Shown: positions 35,761-48,966 of the stretch, one piece after another
How positions within the stretch are numbered: position 1 is the first letter of the stretch
How the letters are laid out: the number at the start of each line of letters is the position of its first letter
NCBI RefSeq assembly: GCF_964355755.1
Contig: NC_092670.1
Span: 8,050,201-8,114,200 of the forward strand
Reading direction: 5' to 3'
Origin: Antedon mediterranea
Lineage: Eukaryota > Animalia > Echinodermata
Length of the DNA: 64,000 bases
The notes under the pieces: model-generated
Databases searched by the model: none
What the model saw: the letters and a program-made list of their open reading frames with translations, nothing else
What the model was told of the DNA's origin: nothing
Translations under genes and position numbers: made by a program

Positions 35761-37364
35761 CATGGATTAAAGAATAGAAGGATATGCATCGACGTGAGAT
35801 CAAGGGTTCCTTGACTCTCGCCGACAGACCGCGGACCGCCCACAATGTTACAATTTAATTAACCGCATGGTAACAACGAAACGGTCGCGTGCCTAATATA
35901 TTGTTTACTGCACATGTGCAACGACATTTAACCTTGTTGACTACGCTTCTTTCGCGCGTTCTTTGTTGCACTGTATGTATTCATACATATTTGAACAGTA
36001 TAATCAGTGGCGTAACGGCTATGTGCGCTCACTGGCTAAACCGAAGCTTGGGGCCCATGAGCAGTGCCCAGAGGAACAGGCATAAAATATGTCGAAAAAT
36101 GCTAAAAACGTCCAAGGCCTCGATCTTTGAAACTTGGAGGGCCACTTAGGTTTCCTAAACAAGTGGCTTCAGGCCTCTGCCTCACGCCCGGGCCTCACGC
36201 CACTAGTTATTAAATTACATTGTATGTTATTGTGAAGACCCTAGTGTAGGCCTACTTCATCAATATACCAGATAAAAACAATACTATATTGTTATTGGCT
36301 TAGAATTGTAGATGCTATAATTGTAATTAGTATAGGTTTCTGCCGCGATTGATCTACGCTAATGTTTTTATGACATTAAAGTAGCATTTTATGACCTGTA
36401 GTAGCCCTACATCTGAGACAATAACTATTTATTTGTTGTCTCAGCCTACATACATGTAAAATTACAAAATCAGCAAGGATACTAGGCCTAGGCCTTCTAG
36501 GCTTACTAGTAAACCATATGATTTGCCGACATTGATGCTGCCTAGGTAGGCCTAGGCTAATCTTAAGTGTAGTAGATACAACGTGTAATCATGATCTATA
36601 TACTCACCGTTGTCTTACTTCTTGTGTGAATAATAATAGGTACTTCGTTTGTTCGTGATTAAGTTTGCCCTGCGTGTACTTTTCAAAACGACCGCTAGGT
36701 AACGAATCGCAACTATACATAGCCAGCCAATCCCGGATCAGGGATCGCTGTTTTCATTCAATTAGACCCGGTGATTGGATGTGATGTGGATGACATAACC
36801 ACTAGCCAATCACCAGGCACTACAATTTAAATATAATCACATCGATAATTAAGGAGATTTACACGATTGTTGTATGGGTGAATACCGGCCACGCTAACAA
36901 CATACATGGTCAAATGCATAATTTAATATTCTATAGATTAACGCAATTTTTAATGACAGAAGATGGCAGGCAAATAATGATAATTCAAATATAAAAATTG
37001 CATATTTTATTAATGTTACCAACTACTTAAAATTACCAGTCGTAAGAAAGTGAACTTTTCGTAGTCCGATTGTGATGTAACTAAAACAGAATTATTCAGC
37101 AATATATTTTTGTTGTCAATTAATCATCGACGCAGACATGTCAATAGAACATTCAGACTGCGCATACGATTTCTACATGGTTACGTTTTGGTCTCAAAAA
37201 ATGTAACAGTTGATTCGCAGCGTTTTACAGAGGGCCGCGGTTAAAGACACGGAGTTCAATGAGCGTGTTTGTTTGATTGGCAGCAGTGCTTTAGTATAGG
37301 CAAGCGCGTTGTAAAATCGTTTGATGTCACCGTTGATGCATATCCTTCTATTCTTTAATCCATG
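35761..37364. mobile_element. P-element-type non-autonomous transposon (1.6 kb)
   Basis: 30-bp perfect TIR CATGGATTAAAGAATAGAAGGATATGCATC; 7-bp TSD ATCCAAT (35754-35760 and 37365-37371). Confidence 0.9.
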
Positions 37365-37726
37365 ATCCAATTAAATTATTAGGATGAGGCCTAGGCCTAG
37401 ATAATCTACCTAGGCCTAGGGCCCTATTACTAGGCCTACTAGGCTAGGCCTAGAGGGCCTATAGGTCCTCATATAGGCTAGCCAGTATAGCTAGCTACTA
37501 CTACTACTAGAGGGCCAGGCTTATTAATTTTATGCTTTAGTACTATATGAGACTAGCCTAGACCTAGGCCTATGTAGCACAGGCGATCTAGTCTAACATA
37601 GGGGGCCAGGCTATGTATCTCCTCGGGCCTACCTACCTAGCCTTGTAGTAGGCCTACCTAGGCTAGTAGGCCTAGCCCTTTAAGTAGGTGACCAATCCAA
37701 ATGGGAACAAATTATGTTATGCCTAC

Positions 37727-37876
37727 CTGTCAAACCAATCTCTACGCCAATTGCATTCCACTGATATCTTTTTTTTTAATTACATTTTTATAATTCGCGT
37801 CTGATTTGTTGAACAGCACCTCATTTTCTTGTACAAGGAGGACTAATGTTTCGTCTAGGCCCATAGACGACTCCAT
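37727..37876 (-). pseudogene. Harbinger accessory Myb/SANT (MADF) protein, exon 1, frameshifted
   Basis: MGLDETLVLLVQENEVLFNKSDANYKN...(frameshift in A-run)...QWNAIGVEIGLT, then donor GTAGGC; lies just inside the right Harbinger TIR. Confidence 0.8.
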
Positions 37877-38149
37877 CGCGATTGACTCTCGATGATATTT
37901 GTCTGATTTTTTTTTTGCCGCTTGCCATAAATAAAGCTCTCTGATTGGTTGAAATATTTTTATCGTTCGCGTCCAAATAAAATATCGCTCATGCAAGCGG
38001 TATGTAAAACTATCTTTTTATCGTAAACGATAGAATCGTATAGTTATCGTCCTAGTGTGAACGGTTCTATTGATTTTAACTTAAGCGATTTTTTTCTATC
38101 GTGTATAGTTATAGTTATCGTCGTAGTATAAACAGGCCTTTAGACTAAC

Positions 38150-38352
38150 TGACTGCACGAAGTAGGCCTACACGACGTACACGCACGCGCCAGGTGATAC
38201 ATCCTTCCTGTGCGTTCCATAAGTTCTTTTTAAAAGATCCAAACGTCTTGGTGTTTGGTAGTTCAAATTTGTATTTTTAAGCGTAAAACTAATAATTAAT
38301 AGAATAAATGGTTTTGGTTGTAATTATTGACTTGTAAAATATATTCGTAAGT
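38150..38352 (+). promoter_or_regulatory. Candidate promoter and non-coding first exon of the downstream zinc-finger gene
   Basis: CpG-containing patch (CACGCACGCGCC, CTTCCTGT ETS-like) followed by donor GTAAGT at 38347; a clear acceptor precedes the ZNF ATG at 41141. The link is inferred only. Confidence 0.35.
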
Positions 38353-38775
38353 CTTTTGCTAAATGAATGTCGATTTAAATTGAATAATCTCTTTTTATTA
38401 AGGCTTGACTAGGCCTGTAGTAAAAAATCGTAGTGTTAGTATGCCCAGCAAAAAAAAAAGTGGGAGGCCAAGCAAAACCCTGAGCCTATACCGGACTATA
38501 TAATAAGTATTTATATCAGCCTTATTATATATATATAGTAAATTAAAGAACTACAACATCGTTTTAGTCATATGGTACACTACCAGCCATCTTTGAGTGA
38601 CTATTCCTGGAGTTGAATCCTTTGTTATAAGAAAAAATGCATACCGTTCACAAATTTAATATTAAAACAATCCATTTGTTTAAATGTTTTTGTTAAAATA
38701 AGTGGTACAGTAATTGGAAATATAATAAACATAATAAAGTAAAGAAAAAGAGTAATCAAAATTATAAATAGAGAA

Positions 38776-39860
38776 ACTAGATTTGGACTCGTCACGGTGA
38801 CGAGTTAGGCTATCCCGCAATGCATCGTAACATACATATGCTATTTATTAGGCTTAGCCTACAGTAAGCTGCACCACAGCGATTGTATAAACAGCATAGC
38901 ATCGTTCAACAAGCATCAACAGTTGACTGTATTGGCATTGTAGACGGTTTAGTTGACGGTTAGTTTTTATTTTACACCACTCACGTTTATTTAATTGTTT
39001 GAATATGATGAAATTTTCAAATTAAAAATAAATTTCATGTGTCTGAAGGAGAATGTTTTAAGTAATAACATTATTGAAAATTGAAAGGAAATTGATAACG
39101 TTTATGCAATATGCGCTCTATTGAATGTGACGAACTGTGTCGAAAGAGACAAAATTCCTATATTTTACATTTGTGTGGCCATACGATGTTTGACGTGCCC
39201 GTGTGTCATTTTTTCATTCATAATTCATCAAATATGAAAGCAATATATCATAAAACTATAAAAAACAATATTCAAGCACAAAAACGGGCTTTCTATGCTG
39301 CGTACGGGCTAAGTGCGCAAAAGCGTGTGCGCAACGCACATCTGAAATGCTTAAAATGTCCTGAAACGTGTAGAAAGTTGATTAGAAATTGATTTTGAGC
39401 ATTTTTAACTTTCAAAGCGTGCTTACGCACGAAAATAAATGTTTTGCTATTGATACAGGAAGATGACCCTTGACATGAAGCATACATGTGTCAAGTGGTA
39501 TTTAATTTATAGTCAATCAACGCGACAATATTTTCATTAAACCAAAGTTTCTTGCACAACTACTTATATACGCGCATCTGCTTGCCAAGTTACAACATAA
39601 CTGCTACCGCTGTTTTTGAGATCTGCATGCAACTGAAATTTTTTACAATAACAATAGGCTATATCTCTACAGATAGCGATAGTCTAATAAAAATAGAAAT
39701 CAATTTTAGAAAAGAAAACTTTAAGTTTATATTTTGCATATTAATTGTATTTTGGAATGAAGTAATATAAGTGCATTCTAGCTTTTAGATGAACGATAAG
39801 TAAAAAGTTTTTTTGCCTTGAAAACAATTCCAGGTGGGGACAACTAAATCGTATCCTAAT
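38776..39860 (-). mobile_element. Probable Helentron-associated element
   Basis: ACTAG followed by hairpin ACTCGTCAC-G-GTGACGAGT, the same end architecture as the other HINE-like copies; far end approximate. Confidence 0.45.
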
Positions 39861-40126
39861 AGTATTAAAAGTCAATTTTTACTTCACAAGCTGCATCTAT
39901 TTCTTTTTGCTTTTGCTGTCTGGAATAATAATACAGTGCTGTATTTAATAATGTATTATTATAAATAATTTGTAAACTATGGAAGTTTTCTTCCATAGTT
40001 ATTTATAATTTTTTTAGCCTACAAAAGTTTCATTCTTTTTGCCTTTTTAGTTGTTTTTTATGGAAATATTATCTTTAAACAAATCTGTGAAAACAAATTC
40101 TCAAACCATGAATAGTCTATTATTAT

Positions 40127-41115
40127 CAGGCCCGTATGCAGCATTTACAATGGGGGGGTGCGAGCGAAGCGAGCAACAATGGCTGGGGGCCAGGGGGCCG
40201 AAGGCCGTGGCAGAATTTGCGTTATTTGACGTTCTAAAGACTGATTTAAGACTCTCTGTTGTGGCTTGGGCTAGTTGAACGATGGACACCAGAACTTAAC
40301 GCTTTCATGATGAGGCCAACTCAGACAGCGTCTGAGTTGGCCTTCCCTTGTTTAGGCGCCGTATTCGATAGTGTCTGTATATCCAGACACGTCTTTACCG
40401 CCGGTTAAGTTGTCTGTATTTCCAGCAAACACTTTACCGCGTACCGCGTACATGAAGCGCTAAGCTATTGCTTGTCGTCACATGATCGACTGCGCATGTT
40501 TTACATCGAGTTTGTAGTCAGTTCAGATTCCGTAATTTAATTACCGGTATTTTTTCATTTTATATTAGCATATTTTTGTTGTATACCATTGATAATGTAA
40601 ATTTTGTATATATATAATGATATTGTCTTTAGTTAAACAAGACAAGAAAAAATACCAACTGAGGAAATAGTGGACCTTTTGGGACTTGGCGGGGTGCGTC
40701 TGCACCCAACGCACATCATGAGGTAATTTCCCGATTGATCGTAATCAAAACGGTACTGGGTTTGGTCTACTAGCGTTCCTGCTCCCAACCAGTACATCCA
40801 TTCATAGAAGCCTTAATGAAGTAAGCCTACCTGGTGGTGGCCATAGAACGGTCCCGAGATAACGACTATACTTCGGCTTTAGTCGATAGAAGATTGAATA
40901 AATTGTTAGAGATAGAGTATACGATGTTATGATTTTGTGTAGATATGTGATTTGTTCTTTTTATTCAAATGATGTTATGTATTTAATAAATTTGTTATAT
41001 CAATTAATTTAATTATCGTAGATTGCATATTATGTGATGAATATTATTTAATAGATTTTTGATATATTATTATTATTATATTAATAAAAAAGATATTTGT
41101 TAGTATACGGGCCTG
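40127..41115. mobile_element. hAT-like non-autonomous insertion upstream of the ZNF coding exon
   Basis: TIR CAGGCCCGTAT / ATACGGGCCTG; TSD ATTATTAT / ATTATTAG; absent from the paralogous site at ~57375. Confidence 0.82.
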
Positions 41116-41157
41116 ATTATTAGTTAATTTATTTTCTTTCAGATTACAGAATACAGC

Positions 41158-44100
41158 ATGAAATATAAATGTGAACACTGTGGAGTTAAGTTGGAATTCA
41201 GTGACTTGAAAGAACATTTAGGATTACACAATCATTCTAAAGAAATAAAATGTGAGCTCTGTGAAGATACAATTGACAAGTGTAAGCTACATAACCAGAC
41301 ACCATATGAATGTGATCATGAGGAGGAAGGAAATCGGAATTTGAAAAAACATTTGAGGACAAACACAGGAGAGACACCATATGAATGTGAGCATGAGAGG
41401 GAAGGAAATCGGAATTTGAAAAAATATTTGAGCACAAACACAGGAGAGACACCATATGAAGGTGAGCATGAGAAGGAAGGAAATCGGAATTTAAAAAAAC
41501 ATTTGAGCACAAACACAGGAGAGACACCATATGAATGTGAGCATGAGAAGGAAGGAAATCTGAATTTGAAAAAACATTTGAGCACAAACACAGGAGAGAC
41601 ACCATATGAATGTGAGCATGAGAAAGAAGGAAATCGGAATTTGAAAAAACATTGGAGAACAAACACAGGCGAGACACCATATGAATGTGAGCATGAGAAG
41701 GAAGGAAGGAAATCGAAATTTGAACAAACATTTGAGGACAAACACAGGTGAGACACCATATGAATGTGAGCATGGGAAAGAAGGAAATCGGAATTTGAAA
41801 AAACATTTGAGAACAAACACAGGAGAGACACCATATGAATGTGAGCATGAGAAGGAAGGAAATCGAAATTTGAACAAACATTTGAGGACAAACACAGAAG
41901 AGACACCATATGAATGTGAGCATGAGAAGGAAGGAAATCGGAATTTGAACAAACATTTGAGGACAAACACAGGAGAGACACCATATGAATGTGAGCATGA
42001 GAAAGATGGAAATCGGAATTTGAAAAAACATTTGAGAACAAACACAGGAGAGACACCATATGAATGTGAGCATGAGAAGGAAGGAAATCGAAATTTGAAC
42101 AAACATTTGAGGACAAACACAGGAGAGACACCATATGAATGTGAGCATGAGAAGGAAGGAAATCGGAATTTGAAAAAACATTTGAGCACAAACGCAGGAG
42201 AGACACCATATGAATGTGAGCATGAGAAGGAAGGAAATCGGAATTTAAAAAAACATTTGAGCACAAACACAGGAGAGACACCATATGAATGTGATCATGA
42301 GAAGGAAGGAAATCTTAATTTGAAAAAACATTTGAGCACGAACACAGGAGAGACACCATATGAATGTGAGCATGAGAAAGTAGGAAATCAGAATTTGATA
42401 AAACATTTGAGCACAAACACAGGAGAGACACCATATGAATGTGAGCATGAGAAAGATGGAAATCAGAATTTGAAAAAACATTTGAGAACAAACACAGGAG
42501 AGACACCATATGAATGTGAGCATGAGAAGGAAGGAAATCGAAATTTGAACAAACATTTGAGGACAAACACAGGTGAGACACCATATGAATGTGAGCATGG
42601 GAAAGAAGGAAATCGGAATTTGAAAAAACATTTGAGAACCAACACAGGAGAGACACCATATGAATGTGAGCATGAGAAGGAAGGAAATCGAAATTTGAAC
42701 AAACATTTGAGGACAAACACAGGAGAGACACCATATGAATGTGGGCATGAGAAGGAAGGAAATCGGAATTTGAAAAAACATTTGAGCACAAACGCAGGAG
42801 AGACACCATATGAATGTGAACATTGCGGGAAGAAATTCAAATGGAAGTCAACTTTGAAAACACATTTGAGAACACACAAAAGAGAGACACCATATGAATG
42901 TCAAAATTGTGGAAAGAAATTTAAACAAAGCTGGAATAGGAAAATGCATTTGAGAAAACACACAAGAGAGACACAATATCAACGTGAACATTGTGGTAAG
43001 AAATTTAAACAAAATGGAAATTTAGAGATTCTTTTGAGAAAATACACAGGAGAGACACCATATGATTGTGAACATGGTGGTAAGAAATTGAAACAAAATG
43101 GAAATTTAAAGATTCGTTTGAGAAAACACACAGGAGAGACACCATATGATTGTGAAAAAGAGAAGGAAGGAAATCTGAATTTAAAAAAACATTTGAGCAC
43201 AAACATGGGAGAGACACCATATGAATGTGAGCATGAGAAGGAAGGAAATCGGAATTTGAAAAAACATTTGAGCACAAACACAGGAGAGACACCATATGAA
43301 TGTGAGCATGAGAAGGAAGGAAATCGGAATTTGAAAAAACATTTGAGCACAAACACAGGAGAGACACCATATGAATGTGAACATTGCGGGAAGAAATTCA
43401 AATTGAAGTCAACTTTGAAAGCACATTTGAGAACACACAAAAGAGAGACACCATATGAATGTCAAAATTGTGCGAAGAAATTTAAGCAAAGCTGGAATTT
43501 GAAAATGCATTTGAGAAAACACACAAGAGAGACACAATATCAACGTGAACATTGTGGTAAGAAATTTAAACAAAATGGAAATTTAGAGATTCGTTTGAGA
43601 AAATACACAGGAGAGACACCATATGAATGTGAACATTGTGGAAAGAAAATTAAACTAAATGGAAATTTGAAAATGCATTTGAGAACACACACAGGAGAGA
43701 CACCATATGAATGTGAACATTGTGGTATTAAATTTAAACTAAGGTGGAATTTGAAAATTCATTTGGGAACACACACAGGAGAGACACCATATGAATGTCA
43801 ACATTGTGGTAAGAAATTTAAACAAAATGGGGACTTGAAAAGACATTTGAGAATACACACAGGAGAGGCACCATATGAATGTGCACATTGTGGTAAGAAA
43901 TTTAAACTAAATGGAAATTTGAAAATGCATTTGAGAACACACACAGGAGAGACACCATATGAATGTGAACATTGTGGTATTAAATTTAAAGACCCCTTCC
44001 CTGCAATTTTGGACGTTTTTTGGAAAATAATACATATATATCACTTTAAAAACATTAAACCATGTCATTCCTTGTCTTAAATGTACGTTTTATGGTAAAT

Positions 44101-46441
44101 TATGATAAAAAGTGAGAAACAATGCACTACCTAAGTAGCTCGCGGCGATCGACCTCTCGTGGACGGTCTTAGGCCTAGCCTAGCTAGGCTTAGTTTTGTA
44201 GGCCTAGCTGGTAAACATCGGTAACGTACGAACATCGTACGCTACCTATATACCTAGCCTGACGTTGTATAGTTGCTGCATTAATTGTCTTTCTATTTTT
44301 GCCAGACTCCGTTGATACAAATTGGGGAAAACCCGGTATTTTCGCTGAAAAGTTAGGAGTCTTCCATTTGTTTTGGCCTCACGATCGATCGAAAAGTGGG
44401 CGAATTACAGGTGAAAAACAAAAATATCAATCCGCGCGCAATGCATTTTGGGATTTATAGCGGGCCGCTATAATTCTTAGAATCGACTTATTTTTCACAT
44501 TTTTAACCGTTTAAAGACGAAAAAAGTTATCGCAATAGGATCATATAGTATTATTTTTACATTAAATATAGTTTGTGATCTTAAATTAGATCTAAAAAAC
44601 GTAGGGAATGGGGCTTTAAACTAAGGTGGAATTTGAAAATTCATTTGGGAACACACACAGGAGAGACACCATATGAATGTGAACATTGTGGTATTAAATT
44701 TAAACTAAGGTGGAATTTGAAAATTCATTTGGGAACACACACAGGAGAGACACCATATGAATTTCAACATTGTGGACAGAAATTTAAACAAAATGGAAAT
44801 TTGAAAATGCATTTGAGAACACACACAGGAGAGACACCATATGAATGTGAACATTGTGGTAAGAAATTTAAACAAAATGGGGACTTGAAAAGACATTTGA
44901 GAATACACACAGGAGAGGCACCATATGAATGTGAACATTGTGGTAAGAAATTTAAACTAAATGGAAATTTGAAGATTCATTTGAGAACACACACAGGAGA
45001 GACACCATATGATTGTGAACATTGTGGACAGAAATTTACACAAAATGGAAGTTTGAAGATACATTTGAGAACACACACTAGAGACGCACCATATGAATGT
45101 GAACATTGTGGTAAGAAATTTAAACACAATGGGGACTTGAAAAGACATTTGAGAATACACACAGGAGAGGCACCATATGAATGTGAACATTGTGGTAAGA
45201 AATTTAAACAAAATGGAAATTTGAAGATACATTTGAGAAAACACACAGGAGAGACACCATATGAATGTGAACATTGTGGTAAGAAATTTAAACACAATGG
45301 GGACTTGAAAAGACATTTGAGAATACACACAGGAGAGGCACCATATGAATGTGAACATTGTGGAAAGAAATTTAAACTAAATGGAAATTTGAAGATACAT
45401 TTGAGAATACACACAGGAAAGACACCATATGAATGTGAACATTGTGGAAAGAAATTTAAACTAAATGGAAATTTGAAGATACATTTGAGAATACACACAG
45501 GAAAGACACCATATGAATGTGAACATTGTGGTAAGAAATTTAAACTCAATGGAAATTTGAAAAGACATTTGAGAATACACACAGGAGATACACCTTATGA
45601 ATGTGAACATTGTGGGAAGAAATTTAAACAAAGCTGGAATTTGAAAATGCATTTGAGAACACACACAGGAGAGACACCATATGAATGTGAACATTGTGGT
45701 AAGAAATTTAAACACAATGGAGACTTGAAAAGACATTTGAGAATACACACAGGAGAGACACCATATGAATGTGAACATTGTGGTAAGAAATTTAAACACA
45801 ATGGGGACTTGAAAAGACATTTGAGAATACACACAGGAGAGGCACCATATGAATGTGAACATTGTGGTAAGAAATTTAAACTAAGGTGGAATTTGAAATT
45901 TCATTTGGGAACACACACAGGAGAGACACCATATGAATGTGAACATTGTGGTAAGAAATTTAAACGAAGTGGAAGTTTGAAGATACATTTGAGAACACAC
46001 ACAGGAGAGAGACCATATGAATGTCAACATTGTGGTAAGAAATTTAAACAAAATGGAAATTTGAAAATGCATTTGAGAACACACACAGGACAGGCACCAT
46101 ATGAATGTGCACATTGTGGTAAGAAATTTAAACACAATGGGGACTTGAAAAGACATTTGAGAATACACACAGGAGAGGCACCATATGAATGTGAACATTG
46201 TGGTAAGAAATTTAAACAAAATGGGGTTTTGAAAAGACATTTGAGAACACACACAAGAAAGGCATCATATGAATGTGAACATTGTGGTAAGAAATTTAAA
46301 CAAAATGGGGTTTTGAAAAGACATTTGAGAACACACACAAGAAAGGCATCATATGAATGTGAACATTGTGGAACGAAATTTACACGGAATGCTACTTTGA
46401 ATGCACATTTAAAAACACATAACACACCTTATGAAATTTAA
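41158..46441 (+). pseudogene. C2H2 zinc-finger gene A1: about 23 degenerate 25-aa repeats plus about 30 mostly canonical fingers; disrupted
   Basis: Acceptor TTTCAG at 41141, ATG at 41158; 4-bp duplication frameshift at ~41705; MITE at 43990-44615; [10 protein letters not shown]...HLRxHTGETP repeats to stop at 46441; decayed fingers continue to ~47000. Confidence 0.9.
43990..44615. mobile_element. Kolobok-like MITE (626 bp) inside the zinc-finger exon
   Basis: TTAA TSD (43986-43989 and 44616-44619); termini AGACCCCTTCCCT / AGGGAATGGGGCT; removal restores CGIKFK-LRWNLKIH. Confidence 0.88.
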
Positions 46442-46523
46442 ATGGAAGCCAACTTTGAAATCACATTTGAGAGAACACACAAGAGACACAATATGAACGT
46501 GAACATTGTGGGAAGAAATTTAA

Positions 46524-46697
<174 letters not shown>

Positions 46698-46739
46698 TAA
46701 ACAAAATGGAGAATTAAAAATATGGAACAGACCATATGA

Positions 46740-46871
<132 letters not shown>

Positions 46872-47654
46872 TAAAAAGACATTTAAGAACACAAAAAATG
46901 ATAAACACTTTGGGGAAAAAAATAAACAAAATGATACTTTCACACCACACACAGAAGAAAGACCATGTGACGATTATGGAAGAAATGCAATCAAAGGGGT
47001 GATTTGGAAAGACAGAACAAAATGTAAGAAATACACCAACACAAAACAGTTGGGGTGGGGGCGGAAATTAACAAAATGAAAGCACCCAGAAACTGATATT
47101 TCGGCCCAAGTTAAAAAATGTGCCCAAATATGGTAGTGATATGACATGTCCATAAATGGGTCACAATTTTTTTGTCTCATAAATTTTGATAGCGTAGACA
47201 GCTTTAGAGCAACAAAAGAATATAAATTTTGTGGGAAAATAATTGTACTTTTGAACACACAGTGTTGATTTGAAGGAACATTTTAGAAAACCAACAAGAG
47301 ATACACTACAGTATTATAAATGTGAACATTGTGCGAAGAAATTTAAAGTGATAATTTGAAAAGACATGTGAGAATTCACATGAGAGAGAATTAATAGGTT
47401 AAGTTTGAATATTTTTTGGGGAAAATCAACAGAAATATTTATTTCAGATAAATGAGTTACTATAATGCAGTACTCATTAATTTGAGCCATAATAATTGAA
47501 GAATATAATTATGTAGATTACTGTATTCCCTGATACAAAAAACTAATACATAGAAGTTTTTAAAGAGTTTTAAGATTTAATATTATAAAACAATGTCAAT
47601 CAAGCAAATCAAACAAAATAGATAATAATAAATCATTCCAAAGTGAGAATTTAA

Positions 47655-48155
47655 AAAAAAAACATTTTAGAACTCGCACAATGAATCCGAATATTGTGAG
47701 AATAAAAAAAACATTTTAGAACTCGCACAATGAATCTGAATATTGTGAGAATAAAAAAACATTTTAGAACTCGTACAATGAATCTGAATATTGTGAGAAT
47801 AAAAAAAAACATTTTAGAACTCGCACAATGAATCTGAATATTGTGAGAATAAAAAAAACATTTTAGAACTCGCACAATGAATCTGAATATTGTGAGATAA
47901 AAAAAAACATTTAGAACTCGCACAATGAATCTGAATATTGTGAGAATAAAAAAAAAACATTTTAGAACTCGCACAATGAATCTGAATATTGTGAGAATAA
48001 AAAAACATTTTAGAACTCGCACAATGAATCTGAATATTGTGAGAATGAAAAAAACATTTTAGAACTCGCACAATGAATCTGAATATTGTGAGAATAAAAA
48101 AAACATTTTAGAACTCGCACAATGAATCTGAATATTGTGAGAATAAAAAAAACAT
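47655..48155. repeat. Minisatellite, ~49-bp unit, about 10 copies
   Basis: ACATTTTAGAACTCGCACAATGAATCTGAATATTGTGAGAAT(A)n; single copy in the paralog at ~59950. Confidence 0.93.
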
Positions 48156-48529
48156 TTAAAAATATACACTGCAGAGACACAACACAATATAAATGAAATT
48201 TGTGGAAAAAAATTTAAAACTAATATTCAACAACATTTAAGATTACATTTAAGGATACACACAAGAGAGAAAACATACTGTACTGTATAAATGTTAATGT
48301 TCTGTGTGTTGCTGTTTTTTGTTTTGTTTAAAGTACACACACACTTTCAATTCTAAATGTACACTCTTTTACTTATTAGTTGGTAAATTGTTGTTATAAC
48401 ATTTATTATAGTACTATGATACCTAGGACTTAATTATTGTATTATTTTAATTCACTTTTTTATAACATTATACATTTTTGGTTTTGTTTACACTTTGTTT
48501 CGTTTGTGATATTTTGTTGGTCAAAAATT

Positions 48530-48690
48530 ATAATAAAGCCTTTCTATGATTTATAATGTACAGTAGCCTTCCTATGTAATAAAGCCTTTCTATGATTTAT
48601 AATGTACAGTAGCCTTCCTATGTAATAAAGCCTTTCTATGATTTATAATGTACAGTAGCCTTCCTATGTAATAAAGCCTTTCTATGATTT
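48530..48690. repeat. 46-bp tandem repeat, about 3.5 copies
   Basis: TAATAAAGCCTTTCTATGATTTATAATGTACAGTAGCCTTCCTATG; about 1.5 copies in the paralog at 60372-60440. Confidence 0.9.
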
Positions 48691-48857
48691 TTATTTCAAA
48701 GTAACAGTTTTCTTTTATATTCGGTTTTTGTAACAATAAAATCAAGTTTTATTCATATATATTCAAGATGCTGTATAATATACTATTTTCTTTGTGTATA
48801 TTTGTAAACACATGGCGACACAACAAGGGATAGATAGATAGTAGTTTGTATTTTATA

Positions 48858-48966
48858 TTTTTAGTCGCGTGGACGCGACTCTATAGTTCACTATGTCGGT
48901 CGGTCGGTCTGTCGGTCCGGTATCACTATGCGTTTTAGCACGCGATTTATTGCTGTTGGCCTTGTT
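48858..48966 (+). mobile_element. Short DINE-1/HINE-like element with TCGG microsatellite (also 60608-60716, and a minus-strand relative ending at ~53508)
   Basis: TTTTAGTCGCGT-GG-ACGCGACT hairpin, then (TCGG)n, ending GGCCTTGTT. Confidence 0.6.

Larger units (their letters stand above)
16029..38139 (+). mobile_element. PIF/Harbinger DNA transposon expanded to 22.1 kb by nested insertions
   Basis: TIR of ~36 bp AGGCCTGTTTATACTACGACGATAACTATAACTATA at both ends; TTA TSD (16026-16028 and 38140-38142); transposase at the left and a convergent MADF gene at the right. Confidence 0.95.

Noticed and set aside
41237-46425. Many long minus-strand ORFs (MLTFIWCLSCV..., SHSYGVSPV...), also at 50735-51203, 57563-59159 and 62555-62995
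   Set aside because: Antisense shadows of the 75/84-bp zinc-finger repeats; no independent coding evidence.
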